Positions 36,775 to 48,312 of a DNA stretch of 64,000 nucleotides are shown piece by piece. Origin of the DNA: an uncultured Thiomicrospira sp. (GTDB taxonomy: Bacteria; Pseudomonadota; Gammaproteobacteria; CAKMZV01); assembly GCA_965195345.1 (NCBI GenBank), contig OZ239628.1, positions 992,001 through 1,056,000 on the forward strand, written 5' to 3'. Position 1 is the first letter of the stretch. Every line of letters starts with the position of its first letter. The notes beneath the pieces were generated by a model. It was not told where the DNA came from and ran no database searches. It saw only the letters and a program-made list of their open reading frames with translations. Both the position numbers and the translations under genes were made by a program.

Positions 36775-37605
36775 CTATCGCAATGATTTTAACTTGCGTT
36801 TGTTAAAGTCTGAACTTTTAAGACCAGTATCGAATTTAAAGTCGTTAAAGTGAAGCTCTGTTCTACGTTTCTTTTGATGATTCTCCATATTCATCTGTGT
36901 TGCACGCCAAACACCAACATCAAATTTTTTGTAGTTTGAAAGCTTTAATGTTTTCAATAGACTGCCTTTTCTATCATAAAATTCGGATTTTAATGGTTGA
37001 AAATGTTCGTGTGAGAACCAAGTATAAAAGTATTTATATCCAGAATCTTTGTCCTGAGGGGTGAGTTTAACTTTAGAAGTAGGTTTTCCACCAAGCATTT
37101 CTTCGCCAATATATTCATAACCGTATTTTTTAATTTCAAACGAACTTAAATCTTCAAAAGCAAATTCGCTGCCCATAAAAGGGCCAGAACGGTTGCGCGA
37201 GGAAATGCGTTTTACTCTTTTAAGGGCCGGTAAATACAACCATTGATCGTCTGATTTGTCAACGTGTGAAAAAGTTAAAAAGGCAGTGCCTTTAACATCG
37301 CGGGGATCATCAAAAATGGAAAGCGACTTATCACCATCATCTTTTACTTCAAGTGCTCGAGCGCGTACTGAGCGTGTGTTTTTCTCTCCGTGGTTATTAA
37401 TAAGCACCATCTCCATTTTGTTTTCACTGCTTATCCATCCAGTATTAGATTCTTTTGATTTTGTGGCAATTTCAAGCCCTTTTTTCTCATTAGGTGTTTT
37501 TGCTTCCCAATCTGCATAAGAGTTTCCAGAAAGAAGTACTGTCAAGGATATTAGAGAAATGCCAAATGCATAAGCTAGGTTAAAGTTCGCTGTATTCGTT
37601 TTCAT
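36775..37605 (-). CDS. Outer-membrane lipoprotein-sorting (LolA-like) protein
   Basis: P.DVKGTAFL, DDQWLYLPALKRVKRIS, FMGSEFAFEDL, YDRKG.LLK; ATG 37605 overlaps MMPL stop. Confidence 0.85.
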   Translation of the reverse strand: MKTNTANFNLAYAFGISLISLTVLLSGNSYADWEAKTPNEKKGLEIATKSKESNTGWISSENKMEMVLINNHGEKNTRSVRARALEVKDDGDKSLSIFDDPRDVKGTAFLTFSHVDKSDDQWLYLPALKRVKRISSRNRSGPFMGSEFAFEDLSSFEIKKYGYEYIGEEMLGGKPTSKVKLTPQDKDSGYKYFYTWFSHEHFQPLKSEFYDRKGSLLKTLKLSNYKKFDVGVWRATQMNMENHQKKRRTELHFNDFKFDTGLKSSDFNKRKLKSLR

Positions 37606-39896
37606 GTGGTTTTCTTCCGTTCGTTTCGATTGATAAAAATTAAGAGAGGGGGTAGTAACAAGAAATCGATTAGCAATGCAGTGATGATGGTTATACAAGT
37701 AAGTACAGCCATTTCAGCGTTAGGTAAATAAGTCGATTGAGACATTATAATAAATCCACATACTAATGCCACTGTTGTTATCCATAACGCTCTTCCTACA
37801 CTACGGAATGCGTAGCGAATAGCATCTTCTGTGTTTGCGCCTCTATGTCTTTTCGCATGCAAATATTTACTTAAAAAGTGAACTGTATCGTCGACGATGA
37901 TGCCGAGAGCCAAGCTAACAACAATTGAATTTGCTATGCCTATTTGACCTTTTATTAAGTACCAGATACCAAATGCAATACCAGCAGGTAAAAGATTTGG
38001 AATAAAACTAATTAGTCCATAACGCCAAGATCTAAGTGCTACTAATAAAACAAGAGAGATAAGCATCAAAGCTGAGAAAGCACTGATTAAAGAACTATTG
38101 ATATTTATTTGACCTATATACGAAAACATCAAAGTGGTACCAACCGGTTTAGCTTCAAAAGTTGTGACATTGCTATTAAGCCAATCTTGAATACGTTTTT
38201 CAAAAGCGATATTTGCTTCGCTGTCAAGGCTGGTGATGGTTATCACGATGCGAGTAGCTGATTTGTCAACATTAATTTGATTATTTAAATCAAGTCCATA
38301 GGGTAAGGACAGTTCGTATAACAGTAAGTATTGTGCAGCAAGCTCCTGAATTTTAGGGATATTATAAAAATCAGAGTTATCTTGGTTCATGGTTTTATTC
38401 AAACGCTTGATGATGTCTGATAAACTATTCACATTACGCACTTCGGGCTGTGTTTTAAGCCATTGTGTTAGTGTGTCGGCCTCTTTGAGAAAGTTAGGGT
38501 TATTTATGCCATTGGCTACTTTTGTGTCCAAAGAAAGTTCAAAAACACCATTTCCTCCAATTTCTCGATCAGAAAACTCAGTAGCTTGGCGTATACTTGT
38601 TGAAGTGTCAAAATATTTTGTGAATTCATCATTTAATATATTCAAAGGCATAAGTGCAATGAATATCAAAGAAACAATTGAAGCACCGAATAGAAGTTTG
38701 CGTGAATTACGGATAACAAATTCAGCAAGTATTTCCATCATGTCTGATTTAGCGTTGACAGACCTTTGTTTCACTCTAACAGGCAATACTAACATCAGCA
38801 TTGGCAGCAGAATAGTCGAAAAAATAAACGCACCAATTACGCCAGCAGCAACAATGTTCCCTAAATCCCTAAATGGACCAACGTCACTGAAGTTAAGCGT
38901 CAAGAAACCAATGGCGGTGGTTAGACTGGTTATGAAAACAGGCATAAAATTGATTTTTAAACTTTCTAACATGGCGACAGTTTTATTGGCTGCACCATGG
39001 CGCATTTCGTAATAAAAACTGGATAATATATGCACACAGTCAGCAACTGCGAGCGTCAATATCATATATAGCCCGATCATTGCAGGACCCGATAAGTAGA
39101 TACCAAGCCAACCCGCTGTTCCATATCCAGTGATAACACTCAAAATAACAACAATGAAAGTGGCAAAAGAGCCACTTATTGTTCCCACCAACAGCCCCAT
39201 AATGAGAAGGACGCTAAGAACTAATAAGGGCATAAGTGTTTTCAGATCAGACACGGCGGATTCAGCAAATGCATTATTCAACATAATGATGCCACTTAAA
39301 TGCACTTCAGTATCTGAATGCTCAGCTTGATATTCAGCCATACGTTCTTTAACGGCGCCTGCAACTATTGGTACACCAATAGCGGAGTCTTCTGCAGGAA
39401 TGTTAATTGTAATATTTATCGCTGTAACGGTTCCATTAGGAGAGATGATACGTCCTACTAATGAAGGCTCATTTGCCGCTACTCTTTTTATCTTCTCTAT
39501 ATCTTCTTGATTGAGATCAAAAGCATTTTCGACTAAATTGCCAACAATCAAATCATCTTCCTCAACGTCGGTATGCTGATAATTGGTTAAAGAATCTACT
39601 CGGTTAGAATAGGGGATTTGCCATAAATCTTCGGTCAGTTCTTCGATTGAAGCGAGAAATTCTTTATTAAAAACGCCCGATTTTGGTTTGATAGAAATGA
39701 AAACGTTATCAACACGGTTATAGATGTCTTGTACTTTATCATATTCCAACATAGGTGGAAAATCAGGGGAAAAGAAAATTCTATAATCGTCGTTGAAATA
39801 CAAAAAACGTGCGCCAGAAGCAGCTCCAACAGCAAGTAGTATGGACGCAAGCATGGTTAACCATTTAAATCGTATTAAGGTAGGGAAAAATCTCAT
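37602..39896 (-). CDS. MMPL/RND family transporter
   Basis: Two MMPL halves; LAVADCVH, TSLTTAIGF, GIIVDDTVHF. Confidence 0.9.
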   Translation of the reverse strand: MRFFPTLIRFKWLTMLASILLAVGAASGARFLYFNDDYRIFFSPDFPPMLEYDKVQDIYNRVDNVFISIKPKSGVFNKEFLASIEELTEDLWQIPYSNRVDSLTNYQHTDVEEDDLIVGNLVENAFDLNQEDIEKIKRVAANEPSLVGRIISPNGTVTAINITINIPAEDSAIGVPIVAGAVKERMAEYQAEHSDTEVHLSGIIMLNNAFAESAVSDLKTLMPLLVLSVLLIMGLLVGTISGSFATFIVVILSVITGYGTAGWLGIYLSGPAMIGLYMILTLAVADCVHILSSFYYEMRHGAANKTVAMLESLKINFMPVFITSLTTAIGFLTLNFSDVGPFRDLGNIVAAGVIGAFIFSTILLPMLMLVLPVRVKQRSVNAKSDMMEILAEFVIRNSRKLLFGASIVSLIFIALMPLNILNDEFTKYFDTSTSIRQATEFSDREIGGNGVFELSLDTKVANGINNPNFLKEADTLTQWLKTQPEVRNVNSLSDIIKRLNKTMNQDNSDFYNIPKIQELAAQYLLLYELSLPYGLDLNNQINVDKSATRIVITITSLDSEANIAFEKRIQDWLNSNVTTFEAKPVGTTLMFSYIGQININSSLISAFSALMLISLVLLVALRSWRYGLISFIPNLLPAGIAFGIWYLIKGQIGIANSIVVSLALGIIVDDTVHFLSKYLHAKRHRGANTEDAIRYAFRSVGRALWITTVALVCGFIIMSQSTYLPNAEMAVLTCITIITALLIDFLLLPPLLIFINRNERKKTT

Positions 39897-40021
39897 TTTT
39901 ATTTTTTCGGGTGTTGCGTTTTTGAGTTGCTTCAAAAACAAGTGACTAAGATTAAAAAATCTTTTAAAACAATAATCGGATTATAGCATCAAAACCGCAG
40001 GCACTTGCAGTAGGGAGTATA

Positions 40022-40774
40022 TCACGAGGTGTATTGAAAATGGTTCCTCTGGCGATGTATTTCGTATAATCCTAATGCACATGCAACAGAAGCGTTTAGG
40101 CTTTGAATTTTCCCAAACATCCCAATAGAAAGAAGGGCATCACAACCTTTTAGTTGTCTGAGCCGCATTCCTTTTTCTTCGGAACCAAGTACTAAAGCTA
40201 TATGCGGTGATGAGAACTCATAGTCATATAAATTAGTCGGACTCTCTCCTGTTAGACCGTATATCCATATGCCTTTCTTCTTCAAATGTTCAATGTTCCT
40301 CGATAAAGCATTTACTCGAAATATGTTTAGCGTTTCACTGGCTCCAGTTGACGTTTTCCGAGCAAGAGAAGACAAAGGAGCGCTGTTTTTTTGACTTAAT
40401 ATTACACCTGTTACTCCTACAGCATCTGCATTTCTAAGAATAGCTCCAAGATTTCGGGGATCTTGGATTTGATCACAAATGAGCCATAGACTTTGCTTGG
40501 GCAAGTTTGTTAAAGCGGATTTTAAATCGGTTTCATTGCCTTCTTTTTGACACAGGATATGTGCTACAACACCTTGATGATTGACGTCAGGACAGATTTT
40601 GTCAAGGGCAGAGCGATCAGTAACAGTGCATTGAATGCCCATTGACTTTGCTAATGTCAAAATCTCTTGTAGACCAGAGGAGTCGTATAAAGATAAATGG
40701 ATGATGCGCTCAGGCACATTTTCGATTATGTGGAGTACAAGCCTTTTCCCTCCTACAAAAATCTTTTCGTTCAC
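40022..40774 (-). CDS. rlmB: 23S rRNA Gm2251 methyltransferase
   Basis: HQGVVA, DPRNLGAILR, GSEEKG, SLNASVA; downstream of rnr. Confidence 0.92.
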   Translation of the reverse strand: MNEKIFVGGKRLVLHIIENVPERIIHLSLYDSSGLQEILTLAKSMGIQCTVTDRSALDKICPDVNHQGVVAHILCQKEGNETDLKSALTNLPKQSLWLICDQIQDPRNLGAILRNADAVGVTGVILSQKNSAPLSSLARKTSTGASETLNIFRVNALSRNIEHLKKKGIWIYGLTGESPTNLYDYEFSSPHIALVLGSEEKGMRLRQLKGCDALLSIGMFGKIQSLNASVACALGLYEIHRQRNHFQYTS

Positions 40775-42915
40775 GTTTTTGTTGCTCTTTTTTGATCGGA
40801 TGTGTCAATAGGAAGAAGATCAATTTTACGTTCGCCGATATTTATTTGATTCAGCTTGATTTTAATACGATCACCAATGCTAAATGTGTTACCTAAATGC
40901 TCGCCTTTTAATTGATGATGAATTTCATCAAAATGATAATAATCCGATTTAAGATTAGAGACATGTACCAACCCATCTAAACCAAGCTCGTCAATCAAAA
41001 CAAAAAAGCCAAACGCTCTTACACCAGTAATGGAACCACTGAAAGATTCGCCCACATGCTGTTTGGCAAAATGACATTTTAAAACCAACGTTACATCACG
41101 TGTGGCGCTATCAGCGCGGCGTTCAGTCCGTGAGCAGTGTTGACCAATTTTCTCTAAAGCTTCTTCATTATTTGCAATACTTGTGACGGTTTTTGTTTGC
41201 AGTGTGCTTTTAATGGCACGATGTACAAGTAAGTCAGGGTAACGCCGTATGGGCGAGGTAAAGTGTGCGTATTCGTTGAAGTTCAAGCCAAAATGGCCTA
41301 AGTTTTGAGGGCTGTATATGGCTTGTTTGAAAGTTTGTAAGACAGCCATTTGCACCATTGCTGATTGAGGAAGTGATTTTGCTTCATTAATCAATTTGCA
41401 AAAGTGTTGTGGTTGAGGATTGTTGCCTCCACCTAAAGTAAGATTTAATGCGATCAACGTTTGCCTTAATAAAACAATTTTTTCCGAAGCAGGTGGTTCA
41501 TGTATGCGATACAACAAGGGCACATTATGTCGACGCAAATACTCAGCAGCACAACAATTTGCTAGTAGCATGCATTCTTCAATAATACGATGAGCATCGT
41601 TGCTTTCATAAGGATTTATTTTTTTTATAGCCCCTGTTTCTCCAAATTCCATTGTGACTTGAGAAGAGCTTATTTCAAGAGCACCACGCTTACGGCGTTG
41701 TTTGATAAGCTGTCTATACAGGGCATCTAATTGTTCAATATTTTTGCTAACTTCAGCGTTTTCAGACCACAGTTTGTGATTTTTATTTTCAATCATTTCC
41801 CAAACTGAGTTGTAAGTTAGGCGTGCTTTTGAAAGCATAATGCTGTTGTGCAGGGAAAAGTTAACAATTTCACCATCCTTGTTGATGTGCATGTCACAGG
41901 CAATGCACAACCGCTCAACGTTTGGTTTTAAAGAACACACGCCATTACTCAAAGATTCAGGGAGCATGGGAATGACTTTATTGGGAAAGTAAACAGAGTT
42001 TCCTCTTTTATGCGCTTCTTTGTCTAAAGCAGATCCTTGCTTGATGTAATGAGAAACGTCAGCAATTGCAACGATTAAACGCCAACCATCTTTCAATTTT
42101 TCGGCATAGACGGCATCGTCAAAATCTTTTGCGTCCTCACCATCGATGGTAATCAGCGCTAGATTGCGTAAGTCTAAGCGTTCTTTTAACTCCTTAGAAG
42201 GTATTTGTTCTTTTATAGCTTCGCTTTGTTTTAATGCCCCAGCACTCCATTCTGATGGAATAGCATATGAACGTAGTGCAATTTCTACTTCGTGAATTGG
42301 GTCGTCTGCTTTACCGATGATTTCAGTAATATTACCAATCGGAGGAGAGTGTTCGGTTGGTTGATGGGTGAGCTTTACCTGTACTAAAGAGCCAGTGTGT
42401 TTTCTGCTTGCATTGACAATAATGACGTCTTGAGAAAAGTGTACCGCTGATGGTTGCAAAAATGTTATGCCTTGTTCTTTGTAAACTGTTCCAACTATAT
42501 CAGTCGTGTTTCTTTTTAAAATTTCGGCAATGGCCACTTCATTTTTGTCACCTGATTTTTGGGAAACATAAGCAATTACTTCATCGCCATGTAGTACTTT
42601 GCGCATCTCACGAGAGGAGATAAATAATCGTTTCAATGATTTAATAGTATCTGTTTCAAGATAACCAGTGCCGTCTGAACGACCAACAACAACTCCCTTA
42701 ATCAAATCCATTGATTGAACCAGTCCGTATTTATTGCGACGGTTACACAGTAGTTGACCATCTCGAACCATCGCTTTAATACGATACTTCAAGGGCTTCT
42801 CTACATTTGGAGTGATATCTAATTGCCGAGCAATGTTGCGAAAAGAGAGTGGTGTCCCTGCATCCTTCATTATGGAAAGGATGTTTTCGCGAGTTGGGAC
42901 GTTTTTAATTTCCAA
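40771..42915 (-). CDS. rnr: Ribonuclease R
   Basis: TIDGEDAKDFDDA, IEECMLLAN, HFTSPIRRYPDL, S1 domain. Confidence 0.95.
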   Translation of the reverse strand: MEIKNVPTRENILSIMKDAGTPLSFRNIARQLDITPNVEKPLKYRIKAMVRDGQLLCNRRNKYGLVQSMDLIKGVVVGRSDGTGYLETDTIKSLKRLFISSREMRKVLHGDEVIAYVSQKSGDKNEVAIAEILKRNTTDIVGTVYKEQGITFLQPSAVHFSQDVIIVNASRKHTGSLVQVKLTHQPTEHSPPIGNITEIIGKADDPIHEVEIALRSYAIPSEWSAGALKQSEAIKEQIPSKELKERLDLRNLALITIDGEDAKDFDDAVYAEKLKDGWRLIVAIADVSHYIKQGSALDKEAHKRGNSVYFPNKVIPMLPESLSNGVCSLKPNVERLCIACDMHINKDGEIVNFSLHNSIMLSKARLTYNSVWEMIENKNHKLWSENAEVSKNIEQLDALYRQLIKQRRKRGALEISSSQVTMEFGETGAIKKINPYESNDAHRIIEECMLLANCCAAEYLRRHNVPLLYRIHEPPASEKIVLLRQTLIALNLTLGGGNNPQPQHFCKLINEAKSLPQSAMVQMAVLQTFKQAIYSPQNLGHFGLNFNEYAHFTSPIRRYPDLLVHRAIKSTLQTKTVTSIANNEEALEKIGQHCSRTERRADSATRDVTLVLKCHFAKQHVGESFSGSITGVRAFGFFVLIDELGLDGLVHVSNLKSDYYHFDEIHHQLKGEHLGNTFSIGDRIKIKLNQINIGERKIDLLPIDTSDQKRATKT

Positions 42916-42920
42916 AGTGT

Positions 42921-44246
<1,326 letters not shown>

Positions 44247-44253
44247 TTATATC

Positions 44254-44610
44254 TTAATTGTCTGACCAAACCGCTAACTCATTGCCTGAAGGCTCAGTGA
44301 AGTGAAATCTTCTACCACCGGGAAATGAAAAAATTTGTTCGGTAATAATACCCGCATTATCCTTAACCTTTTGTAAGGACTCTTCTAAATTTTTTGAATA
44401 TAACACCACTAATGCACTACCTTTAGAGCTATTAGAAGTAAGCTCAGCAGTATAAAATCCGCCGTCCAAACCTGACGTCGCTTTATCTAGAGCAGTATAA
44501 TTCTCACCGTAGTCAATAAATTTCCAGCCAAAAGCGTTGCTAAAAAACTCTTTAGTTTTGGCAATATCTCGGGCAGGAAATTCTACATAATTAATGTGCT
44601 CATTATTCAT
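44254..44610 (-). CDS. VOC/glyoxalase family protein
   Basis: INYVEF, FF..AFGW.F.DYG..Y, FPGGRRFHF.EPSGNELAVWS. Confidence 0.9.
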   Translation of the reverse strand: MNNEHINYVEFPARDIAKTKEFFSNAFGWKFIDYGENYTALDKATSGLDGGFYTAELTSNSSKGSALVVLYSKNLEESLQKVKDNAGIITEQIFSFPGGRRFHFTEPSGNELAVWSDN

Positions 44611-44671
44611 TATCTTTCCTGCGTTAAGTGATAATTCACAACTTTTTCTACTTCGTTTTTAGAGCCAAAAA

Positions 44672-45571
44672 TTACAGTCGGTTTAATTCAAAAGTGAACC
44701 CTGTAGCAGGGCGAGGGTGCCCAAAACGTTCACCAATACCGTCATAACGTCCTCCACGGGCGATCAGTTTACTTCCAGCGTATAAACGCCAACTTAATCC
44801 GTGATGTAACTTCCAGCCTTGAGTCTCAGCAAAATCAAAGTACAAACAGACATTTGTGAATTTGTCTTCAATTTGATCAGTGAGTAGTTTTATTTTTTTT
44901 AATGTGTCTTCCACATTGGGTTTAAAAGAGATTATTTTTTTAGAAATTTCTTCAAAATCATTACCACAATATTCTAAAATGAATTCTAACTGAGGTGCGT
45001 TAGTGTTCTTGGCGTACTCTTTTAAATCAGGCTTTGAACGACGTTTGAGAATGCTAATTATTTCTGGATTATTTGCACAAATTTCAGTGAGTATTTCTGT
45101 GTGTCCGATGTCAAGCGTTAGAGGCTCACAAGTGGCGAATTTCGCACAATCAAGCGCTAAAGTAATGCTTTCAATTTCAGCTTCCAAAGAAGCATCGCCA
45201 AACAATTCAGCACCAATTTGATACGGATTACGTTGGTTACTTAAAGTTGATGCTTGTGTGCGAAACACTTCTCCAGCGTAACAATAGCGAACAATATCGT
45301 CTTTTCTTAAATTCGCATCCATACGGACAACTTGTGCAGTCATGTCAGCACGAATGGCTAACTGCTCGTTTTTTGAACCAGCTACTACGCACAATTCATG
45401 CTCTGAATTAGCGCTGCTTAACGCAGAGGCATATTCAACCAATGGAGGATGAATGTATTCATATTTATTGGCGGTTAAATGATCAAGAAAACGACGACGT
45501 AATAGCTCAAACTCCCAAGCTTTTGGAGGTCTCAAATCATCCAGTTGTGGAGGAAGCTGCCATGATTTCAT
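44672..45571 (-). CDS. hisZ: ATP phosphoribosyltransferase regulatory subunit (short form)
   Basis: WQLP, IRADMT.QV.R.DA, RYCYAG, QIGAELFG, ARGGRYD, PATGF; canonical position between hflC and purA. Confidence 0.88.
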   Translation of the reverse strand: MKSWQLPPQLDDLRPPKAWEFELLRRRFLDHLTANKYEYIHPPLVEYASALSSANSEHELCVVAGSKNEQLAIRADMTAQVVRMDANLRKDDIVRYCYAGEVFRTQASTLSNQRNPYQIGAELFGDASLEAEIESITLALDCAKFATCEPLTLDIGHTEILTEICANNPEIISILKRRSKPDLKEYAKNTNAPQLEFILEYCGNDFEEISKKIISFKPNVEDTLKKIKLLTDQIEDKFTNVCLYFDFAETQGWKLHHGLSWRLYAGSKLIARGGRYDGIGERFGHPRPATGFTFELNRL

Positions 45572-45750
45572 CACACAAACTTTATTATTAGTGCGCCAAC
45601 CAGAACAAGCAACAAACCAACGCCTCGCAATTGAATTTCACTGAAATCTGCTAATTGAGTAAGTGTTTTTTTCCAAAATCTCGGGAATAAGCTAGGCATT
45701 AGCCCCTCAATAATCAAGACAGCTCCCAATACTTCTAAAATGTAAATCAT
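45571..45750 (-). CDS. DUF2065/YjeT small membrane protein (not in ORF track)
   Basis: Hand translation MIYILEVLGAVLIIEGLMPSLFPRFWKKTLTQLADFSEIQLRGVGLLLVLVGALIIKFV; canonical position after hflC. Confidence 0.85.
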   Translation of the reverse strand: MIYILEVLGAVLIIEGLMPSLFPRFWKKTLTQLADFSEIQLRGVGLLLVLVGALIIKFV

Positions 45751-45789
45751 TCAATTCACTGATCAAAACCGGTCCATTTATTATTTAAG

Positions 45790-46665
45790 TTATCTAAGGT
45801 CAGGCTTTTGGCCAAAGAAATCAAAAAAACGTGATTTTGTATCTAAAAGTAAGACGTCGTTTTTGTTACTAAAACTTTTCTCGTATGCCGTAAGTGATCG
45901 GTAAAAGCGATAAAAGTCTTTATTGGTATTGTATGCGGTCGAATATATATTGGCAGAAGCCGCATCACCAACACCACGAACACGCTCGGCATCACGGTAA
46001 GCTTCTGCGATGAGAATGGTTCTCATTCGATCGGACTCAGCGCGAATTTTTTCAGACTGTTCCTGACCTTCTGAACGCAATTCTTTAGCAATTCTATGAC
46101 GTTCTGATTCCATTCTTCGATAAACGGATTCATTGACTTCACTTGGTAAATCCACACGCTTCAAGCGCACATCAATAACATCAATTCCAAATTTTCCCAT
46201 TGCCAGTGTTCTTACAGAAGCAGTAATGATATCGGTGATTTGTGAACGCTCACCGCTTACTACTTCATGGACTATGCGCTTACCAAATTCAGCACGCAAA
46301 CCATTGTTTATTGATTCCGCTAAGCGAATGTTGGCAACATCAATACTCCCACCAACACTCGTATAGAATTTTTTCAAATCGAAAATTCGCCATTTAGCAA
46401 AAGAGTCAACTTTAACTTTCTTTTTTTCCTTTGTTAAATAAGTCTCTGGTGGAAAGTCAAGCGTTTGTACACGAGAATCAAATTTACGAACGTTATTAAT
46501 AAAAGGAACTTTAAAATGCAATCCAGCTTGAAAATCAGTACGGACGATTTCTCCAAAACGCAATAACAAAGCTTTTTCTCTTTCGTCAACAATGAAAAAG
46601 GCATTTACCACCAATATTGTGACGATGGCTATGACAATAGTAAGTCCCATGCGTAATATGCCCAT
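45790..46665 (-). CDS. hflC: FtsH protease modulator HflC
   Basis: SPFH domain; GLHFKVPF, DVRLKRVDLP, RMESER. Confidence 0.95.
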   Translation of the reverse strand: MGILRMGLTIVIAIVTILVVNAFFIVDEREKALLLRFGEIVRTDFQAGLHFKVPFINNVRKFDSRVQTLDFPPETYLTKEKKKVKVDSFAKWRIFDLKKFYTSVGGSIDVANIRLAESINNGLRAEFGKRIVHEVVSGERSQITDIITASVRTLAMGKFGIDVIDVRLKRVDLPSEVNESVYRRMESERHRIAKELRSEGQEQSEKIRAESDRMRTILIAEAYRDAERVRGVGDAASANIYSTAYNTNKDFYRFYRSLTAYEKSFSNKNDVLLLDTKSRFFDFFGQKPDLR

Positions 46666-47840
46666 TAGTTTCTACTCCGTAGGTTGCCGCGTAATTGATT
46701 AACGCGATCATTAGGATCTGTTAACCCTCCTTGCTGCTTATTTCCAAAATTCTGTGTGACGTTATTGTTTTCGGTACGTCCGTGGTTGACGATCTTGTCT
46801 AAAGGCAGATAAAGGATATTATTACCGCCTTCAACGTCTACTATTACCTTGGAGGTTCTCTCAAAAATAGACTCAATTGATTGCAGGTAAAGTCGCTCTT
46901 TAGTGACTTCAGGAGCTTTCTTGAATTCCTCAGAAATACTTAGGAAGCGATCCGTTTGACCTTTTGCCTCAGCAATTACACGGTCTTTATAGCCCAATGC
47001 TTCTTCAGTCAATCGGGCAGCTTCACCACGTGCTTGAGGAAGAATTTGATTAGTGTATGCTTCTGCTTCATTAATAAAACGTTCTTTATCCTCACGAGCC
47101 TTTACTACATCGTTAAATGCCGCTTGCACTTGTTGAGGTGCACTGGCGTTGCGCATGTTTACTGTGTAGACTTGCAAGCCTGTCTTATATTCATTTAATG
47201 TATTTTGAAGTAATACTTTTACATCCGCTACCACACGCTCTCTTCCTTCAGTTAGTACATCGTCCATAGGGGAACGCCCAACGACCTCACGAAGCGCGCT
47301 TTCAGTAACTTGACGCAACGTGTTTTCAGGGTCACGAACATTAAAAAGAAAGTCAGGAGCACTTAATATTTGATATTGAATACTTAGTTCGACATCAACA
47401 ATGTTTTCATCTTCGGTCAACATAAGCGCTTCACTTAAAACTTTGGTATTGTTTGAGCGGAAGCCTATTTCAGCACTGCGCACTGCTTGCACGTTGACAA
47501 CTTCTACCCTTTCAATAGGATATGGTAAGTGCCAGTTAAGACCTTCCGATGTTTCTTCAACAAATTTCCCAAAGCGGATGACTACACCTCGTTCAGCGTT
47601 TTCAATTTGATAAAGACCAGTGCTTGCCCAGATAATAAATAATACTAAAAATAGGCTACCAATGGCTTTTTTGGGTAATTTCAAAGGTGCGCCACCACCT
47701 CCATTTGATGAATTTTCGGAATCACCTGAGGATTTGTTTTGTCCAAACATTTCCTTTACTTTATTGATTAAGGCGTCGAACTCTTCCGATTGTTTGCCTC
47801 CCCACTGGTCGTTTGGCCGTCCGGGTTCATTCCAAGACAT
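46665..47840 (-). CDS. hflK: FtsH protease modulator HflK
   Basis: MSWNEPG, MLTEDENIV, ESALREVVG, YLPLDK; AGGAG RBS. Confidence 0.95.
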   Translation of the reverse strand: MSWNEPGRPNDQWGGKQSEEFDALINKVKEMFGQNKSSGDSENSSNGGGGAPLKLPKKAIGSLFLVLFIIWASTGLYQIENAERGVVIRFGKFVEETSEGLNWHLPYPIERVEVVNVQAVRSAEIGFRSNNTKVLSEALMLTEDENIVDVELSIQYQILSAPDFLFNVRDPENTLRQVTESALREVVGRSPMDDVLTEGRERVVADVKVLLQNTLNEYKTGLQVYTVNMRNASAPQQVQAAFNDVVKAREDKERFINEAEAYTNQILPQARGEAARLTEEALGYKDRVIAEAKGQTDRFLSISEEFKKAPEVTKERLYLQSIESIFERTSKVIVDVEGGNNILYLPLDKIVNHGRTENNNVTQNFGNKQQGGLTDPNDRVNQLRGNLRSRN

Positions 47841-48139
47841 CAATGCTCCTTATTTGAATTGTTTACTTTTGCTGTGAATTACAGACACGATGTTATTTTA
47901 TCATTAAATCAAGTAAACAGATGGATAGATAGTATGTGGAATTAAATAATAATTATGGTATGTTAAAGTTGTTCTTTTGGTTTTTTTTAAAAAGACTTTA
48001 TTTTAGGAAACTCTATTTTTCACGATCTTATTTTATGAAAGCACCAGTTTGTTATGATGGTTTAATTTTAAAAAAACGAACTAATCATAAATATTAAAAC
48101 CACAGTGTCAATATTTGGAAAACAAGCGTCAATATTGGG

Positions 48140-48156
48140 TGGTACAATTTGCGCGC
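48140..48156 (+). promoter_or_regulatory. Extended -10 promoter with GC-rich discriminator for the tRNA
   Basis: TG-G-TACAAT followed by TTGCGCGC just upstream of the tRNA. Confidence 0.55.
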
Positions 48157-48165
48157 TGTTTTATC

Positions 48166-48242
48166 GGCTATATAGCTCAGTTGGTTAGAGCGCATCACTC
48201 ATAATGATGAGGTCCCTGGTTCAAGCCCAGGTATAGCCACCA
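48166..48242 (+). tRNA. tRNA-Met (CAT), elongator type
   Basis: GGCTATA acceptor stem, TAGCTCAGTTGGTTAGAGC D arm, CATCA-CTCATAA-TGATG anticodon arm, GGTTCAAG T loop, encoded CCA. Confidence 0.95.
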
Positions 48243-48312
48243 AATTTCTCCTCTCGCACACTCGATTGGTATTAATCTTTTGTATCAAAATATTTCTTGT
48301 ATCTAAACTATT

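Noticed and set aside
38389-39012. 207-aa + strand ORF and similar antisense ORFs across core genes
   Set aside because: Antisense to well-supported genes; no independent motifs
48166-48312. tRNA-Met as an island integration site
   Set aside because: No integrase or duplicated tRNA 3' end nearby; followed directly by a housekeeping gene
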